Positions 45,090-60,064 of a DNA stretch of 64,000 nt are shown one piece after another; within the stretch, counting starts at the first letter, position 1; every line of letters begins with the position of its first letter. This DNA is from Eledone cirrhosa (taxonomy: Eukaryota): contig OZ024754.1 of the NCBI GenBank assembly GCA_964016885.1, positions 15,004,001-15,068,000 on the forward strand, written 5' to 3'. Both the position numbers and the translations under genes were made by a program. The notes beneath the pieces are model-generated. The model saw only the letters and a list, made by a program, of their open reading frames with translations, made no database searches and was not told where the DNA came from.

Positions 45090-46055
45090 TCTATATATAT
45101 AAAACTGTGGTTGTCTGTCTGTCTATCGATTTTTGGCACACATCTCCTCTTAGAATCTCTCACGGAATTGCACCGAAATTGCTATACTTGTACATTGAGC
45201 CCTAGCGAAGACATCGGAAAAAAAAAATTTCAAATTGACCCACCCTATGTGACGAAATCGAATATAATGTATCGATTTTTGAGCGTAAGTTATCAGTTTT
45301 TTCCCTTTGTTCTGTTTACATTGAGCGTCTTACGTAAAAAATTACGCTGGCTTTCTCAGCGTTTAAAATGACATTTGTCGAGCCAGCAAAATATTGACCT
45401 GCAAAATTCATCAGTTCGAACACTAAGCTTCCGTTTTGCTTCATTTCCATTTAAAAGCATTTTAAAACAATATTTTTACTTGAAAACAAGTCTATTTAAA
45501 GACTACGTAAAACAAGCAAATATTTCGTCGTTAGGCGTGCAGACAGACAGTCGTGCAGACAGACAGTCGTGCAGAGAGGTGATATACGCGTGGAGACAGA
45601 CAGTCGTGCAGAGAGGTGATATAGGCGTGCAGACAGATAGTTGTGCAGAGAGGTGATATAGGCGTGCAGACAGACAGTCGTGCAGAGAGGTGATATAGGC
45701 GTGCAGACAGACAGTCGTGCAGAGAGGTGATATAGGCGTGCAGACAGACATAACTGATAATTTGGTTACGCTAATGTTTTTCTCTGCGTTGCAGTGTTTA
45801 CATTTTCGATCTTTGTTAATAAATAACCAGTGCAGTTTCTATCCCCAGCATCCTCTTTTGTTATAACATTCGGGTTATCGTTATGTTTTCTTAACTTCAT
45901 AAGGCATATTGTTGGTTGAGGGAATATTAATCAAAAACACCACATGCAAGTCTGCACAGTAGACACTACAGTTTTTAAGCCAAGAAAGAAACTTAACATT
46001 GTAACTTTAACACAGCTACTGAGCGACCACGAGCAACGCCGGGCTTTACTGCTAG
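45090..46055 (+). mobile_element. Non-autonomous Helitron
   Basis: A|TCTATATATATAAAA..(CTGT)n 5' end; 3' GC-rich hairpin-like cgagcaacgccggg then CTAG|T; internal roughly 37-bp minisatellite at 45533-45750. Confidence 0.75.
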
Positions 46056-46199
46056 TTAGGAATAAAAGAGTATTAGTGATTGTATGGGTTAGTATTCAGT
46101 TGTGGTTTTAAGTTTTTAAGTTTTTACCGGTTGCGCATTTCTAAATGCTTTTCAAAAATAATTTTGAGATAGAGTGTCCGTGCTGTTTGCTCTGATCTC

Positions 46200-46448
<249 letters not shown>

Positions 46449-46880
46449 AGGATTAGAATACTGGAGCGTGTTTGAGTCAAACAATAGGGCTTAATTTCTG
46501 TGTAATAGAAAATAGATATGTGTATTGTAATATGTGTGTGTGTGTGTGTGCGCACATATATACATGTATATATTGTACCTTTTGATTTTTGATTTGGAAT
46601 TTCAGTGTTGGTATAGATATATTATTATTATAATGTATTATACTGTGTTATATATAATTCCTGCTCTATATAACCAAATTTGTTTAGATTTAAGTTGGTG
46701 ACTTTGGACTATATTTGTAATATGGTTCTTAATGTTATCTACATCCTTAGTTATTATAATTTTATTATATTTATCTTCATTTTTATTATCGTATATCCTT
46801 GTAAGACATTAGTGTATGTAAACTCCATATTCTTCTGAGTTTCTGGCTTGTATCTGCCGAAATTACCTCTTGTTGTTTTG

Positions 46881-46925
46881 ATTGCCCTGATGAGTCCTTA
46901 ATAGGACGAAACATTGTCGGCTAAT
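46881..46925 (+). ncRNA. Minimal type I hammerhead ribozyme
   Basis: GCC CUGAUGA GUCCU uaau AGGAC GAAAC auu GUC GGC, followed by AATAAA and (TA)n. Confidence 0.88.
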
Positions 46926-46969
46926 AAAAACTTTTGATGTATTAAAGGATTCTTTGTTTTACTCTCTTA

Positions 46970-47169
<200 letters not shown>

Positions 47170-48106
47170 GTATATATATATATGTATATATATATATATC
47201 TATATATATATATGTATATATATATATATGTATATATATATATGTATATATTCATATATATATGTATATATTCATATATATATATATGTATATATTCATA
47301 TATATATATATGTATATATTCATATATATATATATATGTATATATTCATATATATATGTATATATTCATATATATATATGTATATATTAATATATATATA
47401 TATATATAATAAATAACAAAGAACGCTTATAGCATATGCATATCTTTACTTGCTAACATTGTTTCATCCGCACTATAAGTGGGACTCATCAGAGCATAAA
47501 GGTTAATTACATACCATACAAGCAATAACAAATCCAAGACATTGAAGAATGAAAGGTAATAATAGACGATAAAGGATATTAAGGAAGTAAAAGTAAAAAT
47601 AAAGATAAGAATACTAAGCAATGAAAAATAATGAAAAATAAGGGGTGCTATCAGTCACAGTTTATATTTTATATTTTAATAAGGGGTGCTATCAGTCACA
47701 GTTTATATTTTATATGTAAGTTTGTTATGTATTTCTTTGTATTTCTTTATATTTTCTTATTTTTATATATATTATAAGTCTGTTTTTTCACCTATTTTTT
47801 ACCTATTTTTTACCTACTCTTACCTAATCCCATCTATCTTATCTACTCTTGTCTGTTCTCTTATCCATGTGTCTACTCTTGTCTGTTCTCTTATCCATGT
47901 GTATGCTTGTATGTAACTATATGTTGACAGCACCCCGCCCAACTGTGACTGATAGCACCCCTTATTTTTCATTATTTTTCATTGCTTAGTATTCTTATCT
48001 TTATTTTTACTTTTACTTCCTTAATATCCTTTATCGTCTATTATTACCTTTCATTCTTCAATGTCTTGGATTTGTTATTGCTTGTATGGTATGTAATTAA
48101 CCTTTA

Positions 48107-48152
48107 TGCTCTGATGAGTCCCACTTATAGTGCGGATGAAACAATGTTAGCA
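48107..48152 (+). ncRNA. Type I hammerhead ribozyme; inverted twin at 47451-47496
   Basis: UGCU CUGAUGA GUCC CACU uau AGUG c GGAU GAAAC aau GUU AGCA; in inverted arms 47405-47663 and 47942-48198. Confidence 0.8.
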
Positions 48153-49730
48153 AGTAAAGATATGCATATGCTATAAGCGTTCTTTGTTATTTATTATATT
48201 ACGGCTCTGTCCTCTGACATTGAGCTAACCTTATACTGCCTGCTGGATAAGTGGAGTGTTATACACCCCTGATCCTTTCCCTAGTATAATATATATATAT
48301 ATATATGTATATATTCATATATATATATATGTATATATTCATATATATATATGTATATATTCATATATATATATGTATATATTCATATATATATATGTAT
48401 ATATTCATATATATATATGTATATATCCATATATATATATGTATATATTCATATATATATATGTATATATTCATATATATATATATGTATATATTCATAT
48501 ATATATATATGTATATATTCATATATATATATGTATATATTCATATATATATGTATATATTCATATATATATGTATATATTCATATATATATATGTATAT
48601 ATTCATATATATATATGTATATATTCATATATATATATATGTATATATTCATATATATATATATGTATATATTCATATATATATATGTATATATTCATAT
48701 ATATATATGTATATATTCATATATATATATGTATATATTCATATATATATATGTATATATTCATATATATATATGTATATATTCATATATATATATGTAT
48801 ATATTCATATATATATATGTATATATTCATATATATTTATGTATATATTCATATATATATATATGTATATATTCATATAAATATATATGTATATATTCAT
48901 ATATATATATGTATATATTCATATATATTTATGTATATATTCATATATATATATATGTATATATTCATATATATATATATGTATATATTCATATATATAT
49001 ATATGTATATATTCATATATATATATATGTATATATTCATATATATATATATATGTATATATTCATATATATATATATAGTATAAAAGAGAAAACACAGG
49101 TAAGCATTAAGAGAAGGATTTTATCCAGGTATTTACGACCGTTTCATTGAATATATATGAATATACATATATATATATATATGAATATATACATATATAT
49201 ATATATGAATATATACATATATATATATACATATATATATATATACATATTATATTGCTATACTGCAAATAGCAGCCACTCAATTATAATTGTTGTTTAC
49301 AGTCCAAATTTTCAAAATAGTAAGTTACTCTTGAAATAATTCTTAATATATAGAGAAAACCATTTATTTGGAATTGTATTTACTAGTATAGAGAGAGAGG
49401 AATCAGAAGGTGAGGGGACAAACGGAATAGTATAGAGAGAGAGGAAGGGGGAAGAGGTAGGAAGTAGAGTGACAAACTGAGATGGGGGGAGGGGTGGAGG
49501 TGGAAGGATTCCTTGGTCAGTTTTGATAGCAGACCGCATGTCGTGGAATGTTGTGATTTTCATTTCCAAGGGTGAAACTAATAAGACAGTGTTTTTCGAT
49601 CTCCTGTGTTTTGTCCCCCCCCCCTCTCTCTCTCCCCCTCTCTCTCTCTGTCTCTCCTTGTATATACATACATACATTATATATATATCTCTCTCTCTCT
49701 CTCTCACTCCTTGTATATACATATACATAC

Positions 49731-49808
<78 letters not shown>

Positions 49809-49830
49809 GTATGTATGTATATGTATATAC

Positions 49831-49892
<62 letters not shown>

Positions 49893-50105
49893 GAAACACA
49901 GGAGATCGAAAAACACTGTGTTATTAGTTTCACCCTTGGGAATGAAAATCAAGAATTAATTAGTTGGTTGTTAAGTATATTCAAGTACTAACTTAACAAA
50001 TACTTATTATGTGTAAGTAGGACGTAAATTATATTCGTTGACGTGGTAATTAGCTTAGTTGCTTCATCTAGCTATAAGATGAAGCGACAAAGTGACTGTC
50101 CCTTT

Positions 50106-50140
<35 letters not shown>

Positions 50141-50311
50141 TAGAGTTAGAACTTAGCTTCGAACGTAGCTGTATACAAATATGTATTTGTATTTCGTATT
50201 TCTAAAGAAATACGGTATGTTTATAAATAAACATTTAGAAACCCGTAGCTATGCAAAAACACTGACAGCTACCACCACCTAGCGGAGTCCAGCAGAAGCA
50301 AGGGGAACAAT

Positions 50312-50351
50312 CGTCGATGCATTTCGAACCCGACTGGTGCTCGTCAGGACG
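50312..50351 (-). ncRNA. Minimal hammerhead ribozyme
   Basis: CGUC CUGACGA GCACC aguc GGGUUC GAAAU GC AUC GACG. Confidence 0.7.
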
Positions 50352-50814
50352 TTTGCAAATGAGATTAATCACCTCATTTACACTGACGAGAAAACTTTAT
50401 ATTTTCGCCTGCAGTTGCAAGAGCGGTCTCTGAATTAGAGTTTTAAATTACCAATCACGTGTTATTTGATGCAAATAACACGTGATTTCACTCTACTCTG
50501 GGCATCGTGTATATTAGCTTTCTCTCTATCCATGAGGTTAGATGTGTCGTGAACAGAATCCACATTTGCTGACTGATGAACCTGTGGACTGTTATACTGC
50601 ACATTTCTGTGGTGAAACGAACTAGATTCGTATCAGCAAACTTATAGTTATAAGGTTGGTAATTTAAAACTCCTATTCAGAGATTTGATTCTGACTTAGT
50701 TTTTTTCTATTTAATTGCTAAACCTGTAAATATTGTTCTCTATACAGTAACGGTAAAACACACTTGTAATAATTCTTTACACACATCTCACTGTGTAACA
50801 CACTTCTCTTTGTG

Positions 50815-50940
<126 letters not shown>

Positions 50941-51482
50941 AATAAAGAAATGCCTTCTACAGGACTAGAACTGTTTCATGCGATGGAGATTATCAGGTCT
51001 TTCCTGATGATTTCCTACAGTTCTAGTCCTGTAGAAACCATTTCTATATTAAACATTATATATTCTGCTATGTACTGAGTACCTTACTTACTGTGGTTAC
51101 CCCCGATTGAACCCGACACACACACACACACATGTATATATATATATATATATAATAATAATTGTTTCTACTTTTGGCACAAGGCAAGCAATTACCCAGT
51201 GCATTACTGGTACTTTATTTTATCGACCCCGTAAGGATGAAAGGCAAAGTTAATAATAATAAATTTGAAGATTAAAATCCAAAGAGGGCTCGATAAGGAT
51301 AAATATATACCAAATATATAAGAATATAGAGCAAATATTTATTAAAATAACAGATTAAAGTTTAAGCAAAGAATCGCTGCTTTCACCCTTAACGGATAAG
51401 GGTGAAAGAGGCGATTATTTGCTTAAACTTTAATCTGTTATTTTAATATATATATATATATATATATATAAATATATATAAT

Positions 51483-54400
51483 TGAAAAAGTGAAGAATAA
51501 CATGGTCAACAGTACAAAAAAGGGATTTATTTACAGTCTAACAATTGTTTCACTGATTAAGCTGTCTAAAAATTGCTGAACACTAGAAGCAGTGCCACTC
51601 AATTTCAAATACGATGTTAGCTTAATCAGATCATCAGAGACAACTACAAAAAACATCCTGTAAATTTACAAATTCAAATTAATAATATTAATAATAAAGA
51701 TAGAGAGAGAAAAAAAGAAAGAGAGATAGATAAAAGAAAGAAAGAAAAAGGAAAAAGAAAAAGACATAGAGAAAGGAGGAGAGAAAGAGGAGAGAAAAGG
51801 ATAAAGGAGAAATAAAGGTAGAGAAAAAGAAAAGTAGAGGGAAAAGTAATGATATCAACAATAAATGAATAAATGTTAATACATGAATAAATGTAAATAA
51901 ATAAATAAACAAGTTACATCGAGGATGATACAAAATAATACAAAATATGAAAATAAATAAGTAAAAATGTGTGAAGAAATTTAAACATATTAAGATTATT
52001 GAAAGTGGTTATTGAGAGTATTTAAAATATAGAGAGATACGAAGGTGTAAACATGATAATGTTAAATATATTTGTGTATCGGTTATTTTAATAAATTAAT
52101 TATATAATTAATTAATTATTTGATTAATTAGTTGTAAGTTATATTAGAAGTGAAAATGATATGATAAGATAGAATAACATAAAATAAGATAAAATGCCAC
52201 AGATGAAATAAATTTAGGGAGAGAAATAGAAAGATAGAAAGTGAAAGATAGAGATATATAAAATATGAATGTAAAATATAAGAGGTAATAATGTTGGTTC
52301 ATTGATAGATGATGACAATTATAATAATAATGATGATAATGAGATATTATAATAGATCTAAGTGGTACAATTTGGGTTAAGGAATTGATTGGATGAATTA
52401 AGCTGGTCTAAAGTTCTCAAATTTTGTCGCCGTTTTATACCTACAGAAAATAGTTCTTTCAATTTTACTGTTAAGTAGCATTTTGTTGTAATCTAAAATT
52501 TTGAAAAGCTCCATATTACAAATACCTTTAATATAATACCGTTGGTGTCAAATTCCTTATGTAAGATATGTGCTATATATATTACGACAATGTCCGTAAC
52601 TTGAGCTGAATCATTTGATCCCATGGTTATATCGAAGTTATTTTGTCTATTTTTTTTTCCCAGTAACTATTGTCGAATCTAATGATTGTTCTTCTAGCAG
52701 CTAGTATTATTCTAATTTCCTATGGTGACAGGTCAGAGTTTTTGTGCAAAGGATAGTGCATTACTGGTTACTGAGGAAATAGAAGAGTAGTAGTCATTAA
52801 TGTCAAATTGTATGAAGTCGGAAGATTCTCTATTGTCTACTTTATTAAACCAATCTATTGCTTCATTAGTGTTACCCCAGAGTTTGATTATTAGTTTTTC
52901 TTTAATTTGTGGTATTATTCTATCTAGTATAAACTTGCTAATTTTGCCTATATCTGATTTTGATGGACATAATCTAATAGTAGGGCCAGTTTCGAAGTTA
53001 CATTTATGATCCTTCAGATTAAAAGTGGGTTTACAAGGGGTTAGAGGTTCGGTTCTATCAGATATTTTAAGGTTTTTTTACTATGTTAAGACCTTCCTTG
53101 TTAATGCTATTGAGTGTAGACTGTAGTTTTCTTGTATTTTTTATGTAATTCCCGGCGTATAAAGTTGTTGTATGTATTAAGGCTCATGGTATATACGTTT
53201 GATTTTTTGTCTGCCTTTACTATAATACCGTTGGTGTTACGTAATTTTTTTAGTAGTGCATTGATGTTATTTTGCAGCTTGTTATGATGCGTTCATTTTT
53301 TGAATTTAGTTTCCTTTATCATGTTCATGAGGTCAAGTTCAAAGGCATCAAGTTGTGGGTTGTTCGGTGGATTTTTACAGGATCTAAACCCATATTTTTC
53401 ACTGGTAGACCCATCATTTCTATCATTATTATTATGTCCTTTATAGTAATGATATGCTTTCCATCTGATTCTACGGATAAAGTCATTAGTTCTTTGTATC
53501 ATACCGAGCGTATATTCCTTATTTGCAGGTATAGGTATGTTTTTTAAGGACATGGTCAACAGTACAAAAAGGGTTTTATTTACGGTATTAACAATTGTTT
53601 CATTGATTAAGTTGTCTAAAAATTGCTAATCACTTGAAATTGTGTCACACAATTTTAAATACAATGTATTCTTAACCAAATCATCAGAAAAACTGATTAA
53701 AATTATACACTAGGGAAATTCAAATTACAACACCAGTAATAAAGAAATAAAAAGAAAAAAAAAGAATAAAGAAAAAGATAGAGAAAAAGAAAGAAGGAAA
53801 AAGAAAAAAGAAAAAGAAAAAGAAAAAGAGAAAAAGAAAAAGAAAAAGAAAAAGAAAAAGAAAACGAAAAAATAATAAATCAATAATAATAAATAAGTTA
53901 TAATGAAGATGATAAAAAATAAATAAATAAATTTATATGTATGCGAAGAAAAGTGAACATAATATGATTGTTGAAAATAGTTGTGATGTTGGTGGTTAAA
54001 ATATAAAGATGTGATGGTATAAACATGAAAATACTAAATATATACATATATGTATTGGTTAAATTAATAAATTGGAAGTTATGTTAGAAGTGAAGAGAAT
54101 ACGATAGGATATAATGTAAGAGGTGAAATAGATTTAGGGAAAGAGAATGAAAGAGAGAAAAGTTAGGAGGTTATGATGTTGATTCATTGATTAGTTGATT
54201 TATTGACAGTTAATAATAGTTGTTTCTACATTGGCACAAGGCCAGCAATTACCCAGTGCATTACTGGTACTTTATTTTATCGACCCTGTAAGGATGAAAG
54301 GCAAAGTTAACCTCGGCGGGATTTGAACTCAGATTGGAAAGGGCCGTAACTCTATGCATCAAAGCATGATGTCCGACCCTCTACCGATACTGCCAATCCA

Positions 54401-54885
54401 CCACCATTGACAGTTAATAATAATAATAGATTATTATAATAGACTCAGGTGGTACAATTTGAATTATGGAATTGTTGGTTCGAATCAAGTTGGTTTGAAA
54501 TTAGCGAATTTAGTAGCTGCTTTATGCCTACAGAAAATTGACCGTTCAATTTTGGTATTAATTTTAATCAGTTTTTCTGATACATTGTATTTAAAATTGA
54601 GTGACACAACTTCAAGTGATTAGCAATTTTTAGACAACTTAATCAATGAAACAATTGTTAATACTGTAAATAAAACCCTTTTTGTACTGTTGACCATGTT
54701 ATTCTTCACTCTTTCACTATTATTACTCCAAGATTAACTTGCTTAGGAATTCCCGAGAACTCACAAACTCGCTACCCAAGTAAACCTCTTGTTGAGTCAA
54801 ACAACGCCGTACGCTAAAACTATCCATAATACGGAGTATTCACAACCTCTAACTGGATTACCTATAACGACAATTTGTTATCCCA
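51483..54885 (-). mobile_element. Degenerate Naiad-type PLE with tandem and inverted pLTRs
   Basis: MSLKNIPIP...FIRRIRWKA N-terminus (53293-53553); frameshifted RT similar to 24293-24928; pLTRs at about 51483-51700 and 53550-53700; inverted pLTR and tail at 54560-54885 ending ttgttatccc(AT)n, like 21600. Confidence 0.85.
51536..51641 (-). ncRNA. Hammerhead in PLE pLTR with extended stem II; decayed copy at 53585-53690
   Basis: GUCU CUGAUGA U CUGAUUAAGCU...AGCUUAAUCAG U GAAAC AAUU GUU AGAC. Confidence 0.75.
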
Positions 54886-55076
54886 TATATATATATATAA
54901 TCTTATATCATGTACGAAATACAGTTTACAAGTAGATTATATATTCATTATTTTAATACCAACTTGACAGGAACCACAAATTATTCAAGTATTTGTGTAT
55001 TCATCTCCAAATTTCACATGTAAAATTAATGAAGCACACAAATTATATTACATTATACAAGGTTGCAATACCATAC

Positions 55077-55159
55077 CTGTAACTACTCGGCTCGTTGGGA
55101 TGTGTTTGAAGTTGAGTGATCAATACCATCAGAATGTAGATGAAGAAAATAAGATTGCC
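55077..55159 (-). CDS. Same GPCR, TM5-ICL3 exon
   Basis: gtacag|GGC...AG|gtatgg; 83 bp; GNLIFFIYILMVLITQLQTHPNEPSSY(R). Confidence 0.9.
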
Positions 55160-55778
55160 CTGTACATCAACAACAAAAAGAGAAAAGAAAAAATAAGGAA
55201 AATAAAGAATATAATAATGATTCATAATTTAAGTACAAATCAGCAATTTAGGGGAGAGAAAAATTGATTAATTTGACCTCAATACTTTATTAGTACTTTA
55301 TTTTATCGATCCCAGAAGGATGAAAGCCGAAGTTGATCTCGACGAGATTTGAACTCGGAATGTAAAGAGACGGAACAAAGCAGTTGACCCATGTCATTGA
55401 GTGAAATTGGACGGAACTGTTTGAAAGCCTCGTCTGATAAATTGTGACTGTAATGCTATGGGCCAGTCGTGGAAGTGGACGGGTGGATGAAACGGCAGAG
55501 GCGTTGGCAACGAGCGTTAACGTACGAACGAACGAAGCGATAAGTCTAATGAAGTAACTAGGTGGTGGTAAGCCCCCCCCCCCCCACACACACATCAGGG
55601 GAAGCGATCCGCAAGCTATGTTTCAGACCCTGGAACATCTCGTCAGCAGCGACCAATTGACGGCGGGCACCTGCCAGGCAATGCAAAAGAAAAATTGTTG
55701 AGGCCGACGATAGAAAAGAAACAAATGTGACGCGAGTGAAACACAACAGTGAACGTTAAAACAATTAATTGAACTCAC

Positions 55779-55845
55779 AATAAGACAAAGAAAATTTGGT
55801 GTGTACAGGATCCACTCAAAATTTCCGCTGGGGTTAGACCAGCAT
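55779..55845 (-). CDS. Same GPCR, ECL2-start of TM5 exon (not in ORF track)
   Basis: ttacag|A TGC TGG...ATT|gtgagt; 67 bp, phase 2 to 0; (L)CWSNPSGNFEWILYTPNFLCLI with the conserved ECL2 CW. Confidence 0.9.
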
Positions 55846-56012
55846 CTGTAAAGAAAAAGGGAAATTTATTTTAAAAAGAAAGTACTGACTTTCATTGCCA
55901 TATTCTGATAACAGAAATCCAAACTTTTTTATAATTGTTACGAAGTTCAACAGTAATTAAGGAATATTAAAGAAGAATTAAAAAATATGGTTACTTGCAA
56001 GAAAATGCAAAA

Positions 56013-56480
56013 TGTTTCCGCATCGGTGGTTCTCTCGGTCTTAGTGTCCGAATCCACAAGAAAAACAAATGTCTTTACGAACCCACGGTGGAGGTTTTTG
56101 AACTCCATTCGCTGTCATGCCGTCTCAGCGCCGGCACCTTCCATGGCATGACTTCTTATTCCAATTAGAACCGGTAAGGAGATAACAAAAGCCTGGATAA
56201 CAATATCCCCGTTCCGTGATGTTAAGCCATCATCTGGGATGTGACATGCAGTGACCTAGTGAATTCGGTGACACATCCAGGCTTCTTTGCCTGGAAAGTT
56301 GTCAAAGTACCGATAGGTTTATCATCGAACCTATAATGGTGGAAAGTTCTGGCGTCTTGGGTCTCTGAAGTCTCTTCCTACTTACTGCGACCCACAAGAA
56401 TAAGCCCCCGCGAGTTGGACTTGTCCTTCCAGTGCATCTTCCTTGCAGACTGCCAGGTAACACATAAGCAGTTATATTGG
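56013..56480 (+). mobile_element. Decayed CRE-like RLE retrotransposon C-terminal fragment
   Basis: Frameshifted motifs FRIG.SL, LHSLSCRLSAG, IIWDVTCSD, IEPIMVESSGVLG. Confidence 0.6.
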
Positions 56481-56770
56481 CTGGGACCAGGAGGAGACCT
56501 CCACTGCCAGTTAATTCTTTACTAGCTCATATTCATCGATCATTTCAAAAAGAAACTTTCTCATGTATGACAGATGATAGTAAACTTCAAACATTAACAC
56601 CACTGACATTCCATGCATCACCGCTCCATGCATCACCGCGTCACTGATAATAGTCAATTCATATCTTTCTTTCCAGCAGACTGAACTATGCGGTCGAATG
56701 CAATGTCGAACGAACAGATCTGTAGACCGGAATAATAATCCATACACGTATACATATAGACACATACAAT

Positions 56771-56931
<161 letters not shown>

Positions 56932-57327
56932 CCTCTCTCTCTCTCTCTCGCTCTCAACAAACACACACACATACACACATATATATATATAATAAATGAG
57001 ACAAAACTAAACATGTAATATATATATATATATATATCATCATCATCATCATCATCATCATTTTACGTCCGCTTTTCCCTGCTTGCAAGGGTATATATAT
57101 ATATATATATATTAAAATAACAGATTAAAGTTTAAGCAAAGAATCGCTGCTTTCACCCTTAACGGGATCTTCTGAAACTAAAAAAGTCAATCTGTGAACG
57201 CAGAAGTAAATATTTCAAAAAACGTTGCAACCGAAGGAAGGCAGGAAGACGATATTTTGGTTCGTGGAAACGTTCCACGTAGTAGTAGTAATGAACGAAA
57301 GATATAGACTTTATATCATCTCTTTTT

Positions 57328-57405
57328 ATTTTGTTATATATGTATTTCGGATATGTAAAGTTTTATGTATAACAAAAAGCAAAACATGTCCTCTTCAGAC
57401 AAAAT
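57328..57405 (-). ncRNA. Hammerhead ribozyme candidate
   Basis: AUUUUGU CUGAAGA GGAcAUG...CAUaUCC GAAAU..AUA ACAAAAU. Confidence 0.62.
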
Positions 57406-57471
57406 ACATGAGATGTATAATGTTTTCATATGCTGGTAGGCAAATCAGCTGGACAGATCGGTGACCACCAA

Positions 57472-57521
<50 letters not shown>

Positions 57522-57904
57522 ATGTGTGTGTGTGTGTGTGTGTATATATAAAGAAAAAGAAATCAAAAATGCAACCGAAGTTTTTTTAAGAATATTTATT
57601 TATTTCCTTTACCGGTTCCACAGTTTTTTCAAAAGTAGAATTAAGATGGAGGGTTAGTGATTTTTCTCGCATCTGCGATACATTTTCGATTTCTTTTCTT
57701 TATACTTTCCCCCGTGTAAGACATCTCGTTTTTTTTTAATTTAAAAAGACCTAATTTTCTTATATATATATATATATAATTAAAACTTAGACGGGAACAA
57801 AAACAGGGAGGCAGTACAAATAAGAGTTTATTAGGTTCACGCTTTTGAGATACCCGCCGAAATACGATTCCCGCTGAATTTATATATATATATATATATA
57901 TATA

Positions 57905-58922
57905 TGTAGATAAATCTACCAAAAGTTTACGGTAGTGTCCAATCCGTATGAAGAACTCAATGTAATCCGGATATCATGAAAAGAGAAGATGCATTCAAAA
58001 ACTACTTTCGGTGAAAAATAAACGGAAAACAGAGTCAAGATAAATTAATAAAACAATGAATAAACAAAGAAACAGTTCCTTATATTAAAAAAAATTCATC
58101 ATTTTACGATCGTTTCTAGGATATATATGTGTTAGAGTTGGTATGCATATTCTATAGATCTATGTACAATATTTATACAAACTATCAGAGGGAATATACA
58201 TACCTACACATATATATGCTGTCTTCAGAAATAATGATATTTATTTATTGAAAAAAAACAAAGATTCAATACAATAGGTCTGTTTGGGAACAGGTTTTAA
58301 ATTGACCAATAGAGAGATAGTGAGGGTCAAGATAGTAATATAGTAGTAGAAGAACCTTACATTATGGGTAGAGGAAGGTAGATTTCAGTTTTGGATGGAA
58401 AAGAATATTATGAATGAAGGATTATTTTAGGGAAGAAATAGGTCTTATCTGACCTCAGAAATAATTTTATTTGTTCATTGAATAAAGCCAACAGAGATCT
58501 AATATATTCTGTCTGTTTGGTAAGAGGTTTAGAATTAACCAATAGAAAGTTAATAATTGGCAAAATGGTAAAATAGTAGTAATTGAAGCTTATTTTAGGG
58601 GTGAAAATAGGTCAGGTGGTCAGTAAAAGGTATACAAGCAGTTGCTGTTATAAAATAGTAATGCCAATACAAATATCTAAGGTGACTAAAGTTTTATGAT
58701 GAGAATGTTAGTGAAAAAAATACATCTATGAAAAGAATATAAATTAATTTAATTGATGGGTATATTTATATTGATAAAATTATACTAATACATATAGATA
58801 TGATAAATAAGAGTTAGATGGAGTTGAAAAGTGGTGTTAAAGATGAGGGGAAATTAAAAGAATATAAAAATTATATATATATATACTTATATATATATAT
58901 ATATATACACATATATGCATAT

Positions 58923-58987
<65 letters not shown>

Positions 58988-59818
58988 CATATATATATAA
59001 CATACAATTATTAACAAGGCAATTTCCTTTTAATGGACAATTTGCCTTAAAAGGAAATTGCCTTGTTAATAACATAGTATATAAATGTAAAGTTAACACT
59101 AAAGACTCAATTTATTCATATATAGGAGCTACCTCTAACAAATTTAAGGTAAGATTTAATACCCACAAACATAGTTTTAAAAATGCCGCACTAGCTAATA
59201 CAACATCTCTAGCTGAAATAATTAATAGTTATAGAAAAAGGAATATAGATTATGACCTGACCTGGAGTGTGCTCAAAAGGGCCACCCCTTATCAAAATAG
59301 TAGATATGAATGTAGATTATGTTCCCAAGAACTTTTTGAAATAATGAAATCTAAGGATATCCTATTAAATAAGCGACAGGAATTAATAATATCGTGTAAT
59401 CATAAACTGAGAAAAACCTTTAAATATTATAAACCTAATTAATATATACTTTAGAAATTAATATATAAACTATTTTTAATTTAGTTAACCTATAATTAAT
59501 ATTCTGCTACTGATGAACTACATAATTCTACTTTAAATATTATAAACCTAATTAATATACACTTTAGAAATTAATATATAAACTATTTTTAATTTAGTTA
59601 ACCTATAATTAATATTCTACTACTGATGAACTACATAATTTTACTTTCCTTCTTACAACTATCATTTCCTAAAACTGATACCATTAAGTAAACATATATA
59701 ATGCTTTAACTTCAGGTTATGACTCTATGTTCCTTGAAAACTATATATATTTATTATTTCTCACTAATAAATTTAATTCCCCCCCCCCCCAATAATTATA
59801 TGTATATGTAAGTGTGTA

Positions 59819-59863
<45 letters not shown>

Positions 59864-59956
59864 GCATGTATACTCTTTTACTCGTTTACCTGTTTCAGCC
59901 ATCCGGCTGAGGCCATGCTGGGGCACCGCCCTTGTGTATATATTTATATAGATATG

Positions 59957-60007
<51 letters not shown>

Positions 60008-60028
60008 ATGTGTGTGTGTGTATATGTA

Positions 60029-60064
<36 letters not shown>

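Noticed and set aside
55605-55652. Minus-strand CUGACGA...GAAAC motif
   Set aside because: No NUH triplet in register and a weak stem I, so at most a decayed HHR
56600-56720. VCWKERY segment as the GPCR ECL2 exon
   Set aside because: Wrong phase and no TM5 proline; the better exon is 55779-55845
59419-59645. Tandem duplication of about 110 bp containing CTGATGA
   Set aside because: No downstream GAAA or stems; a local duplication at the PLE stop codon
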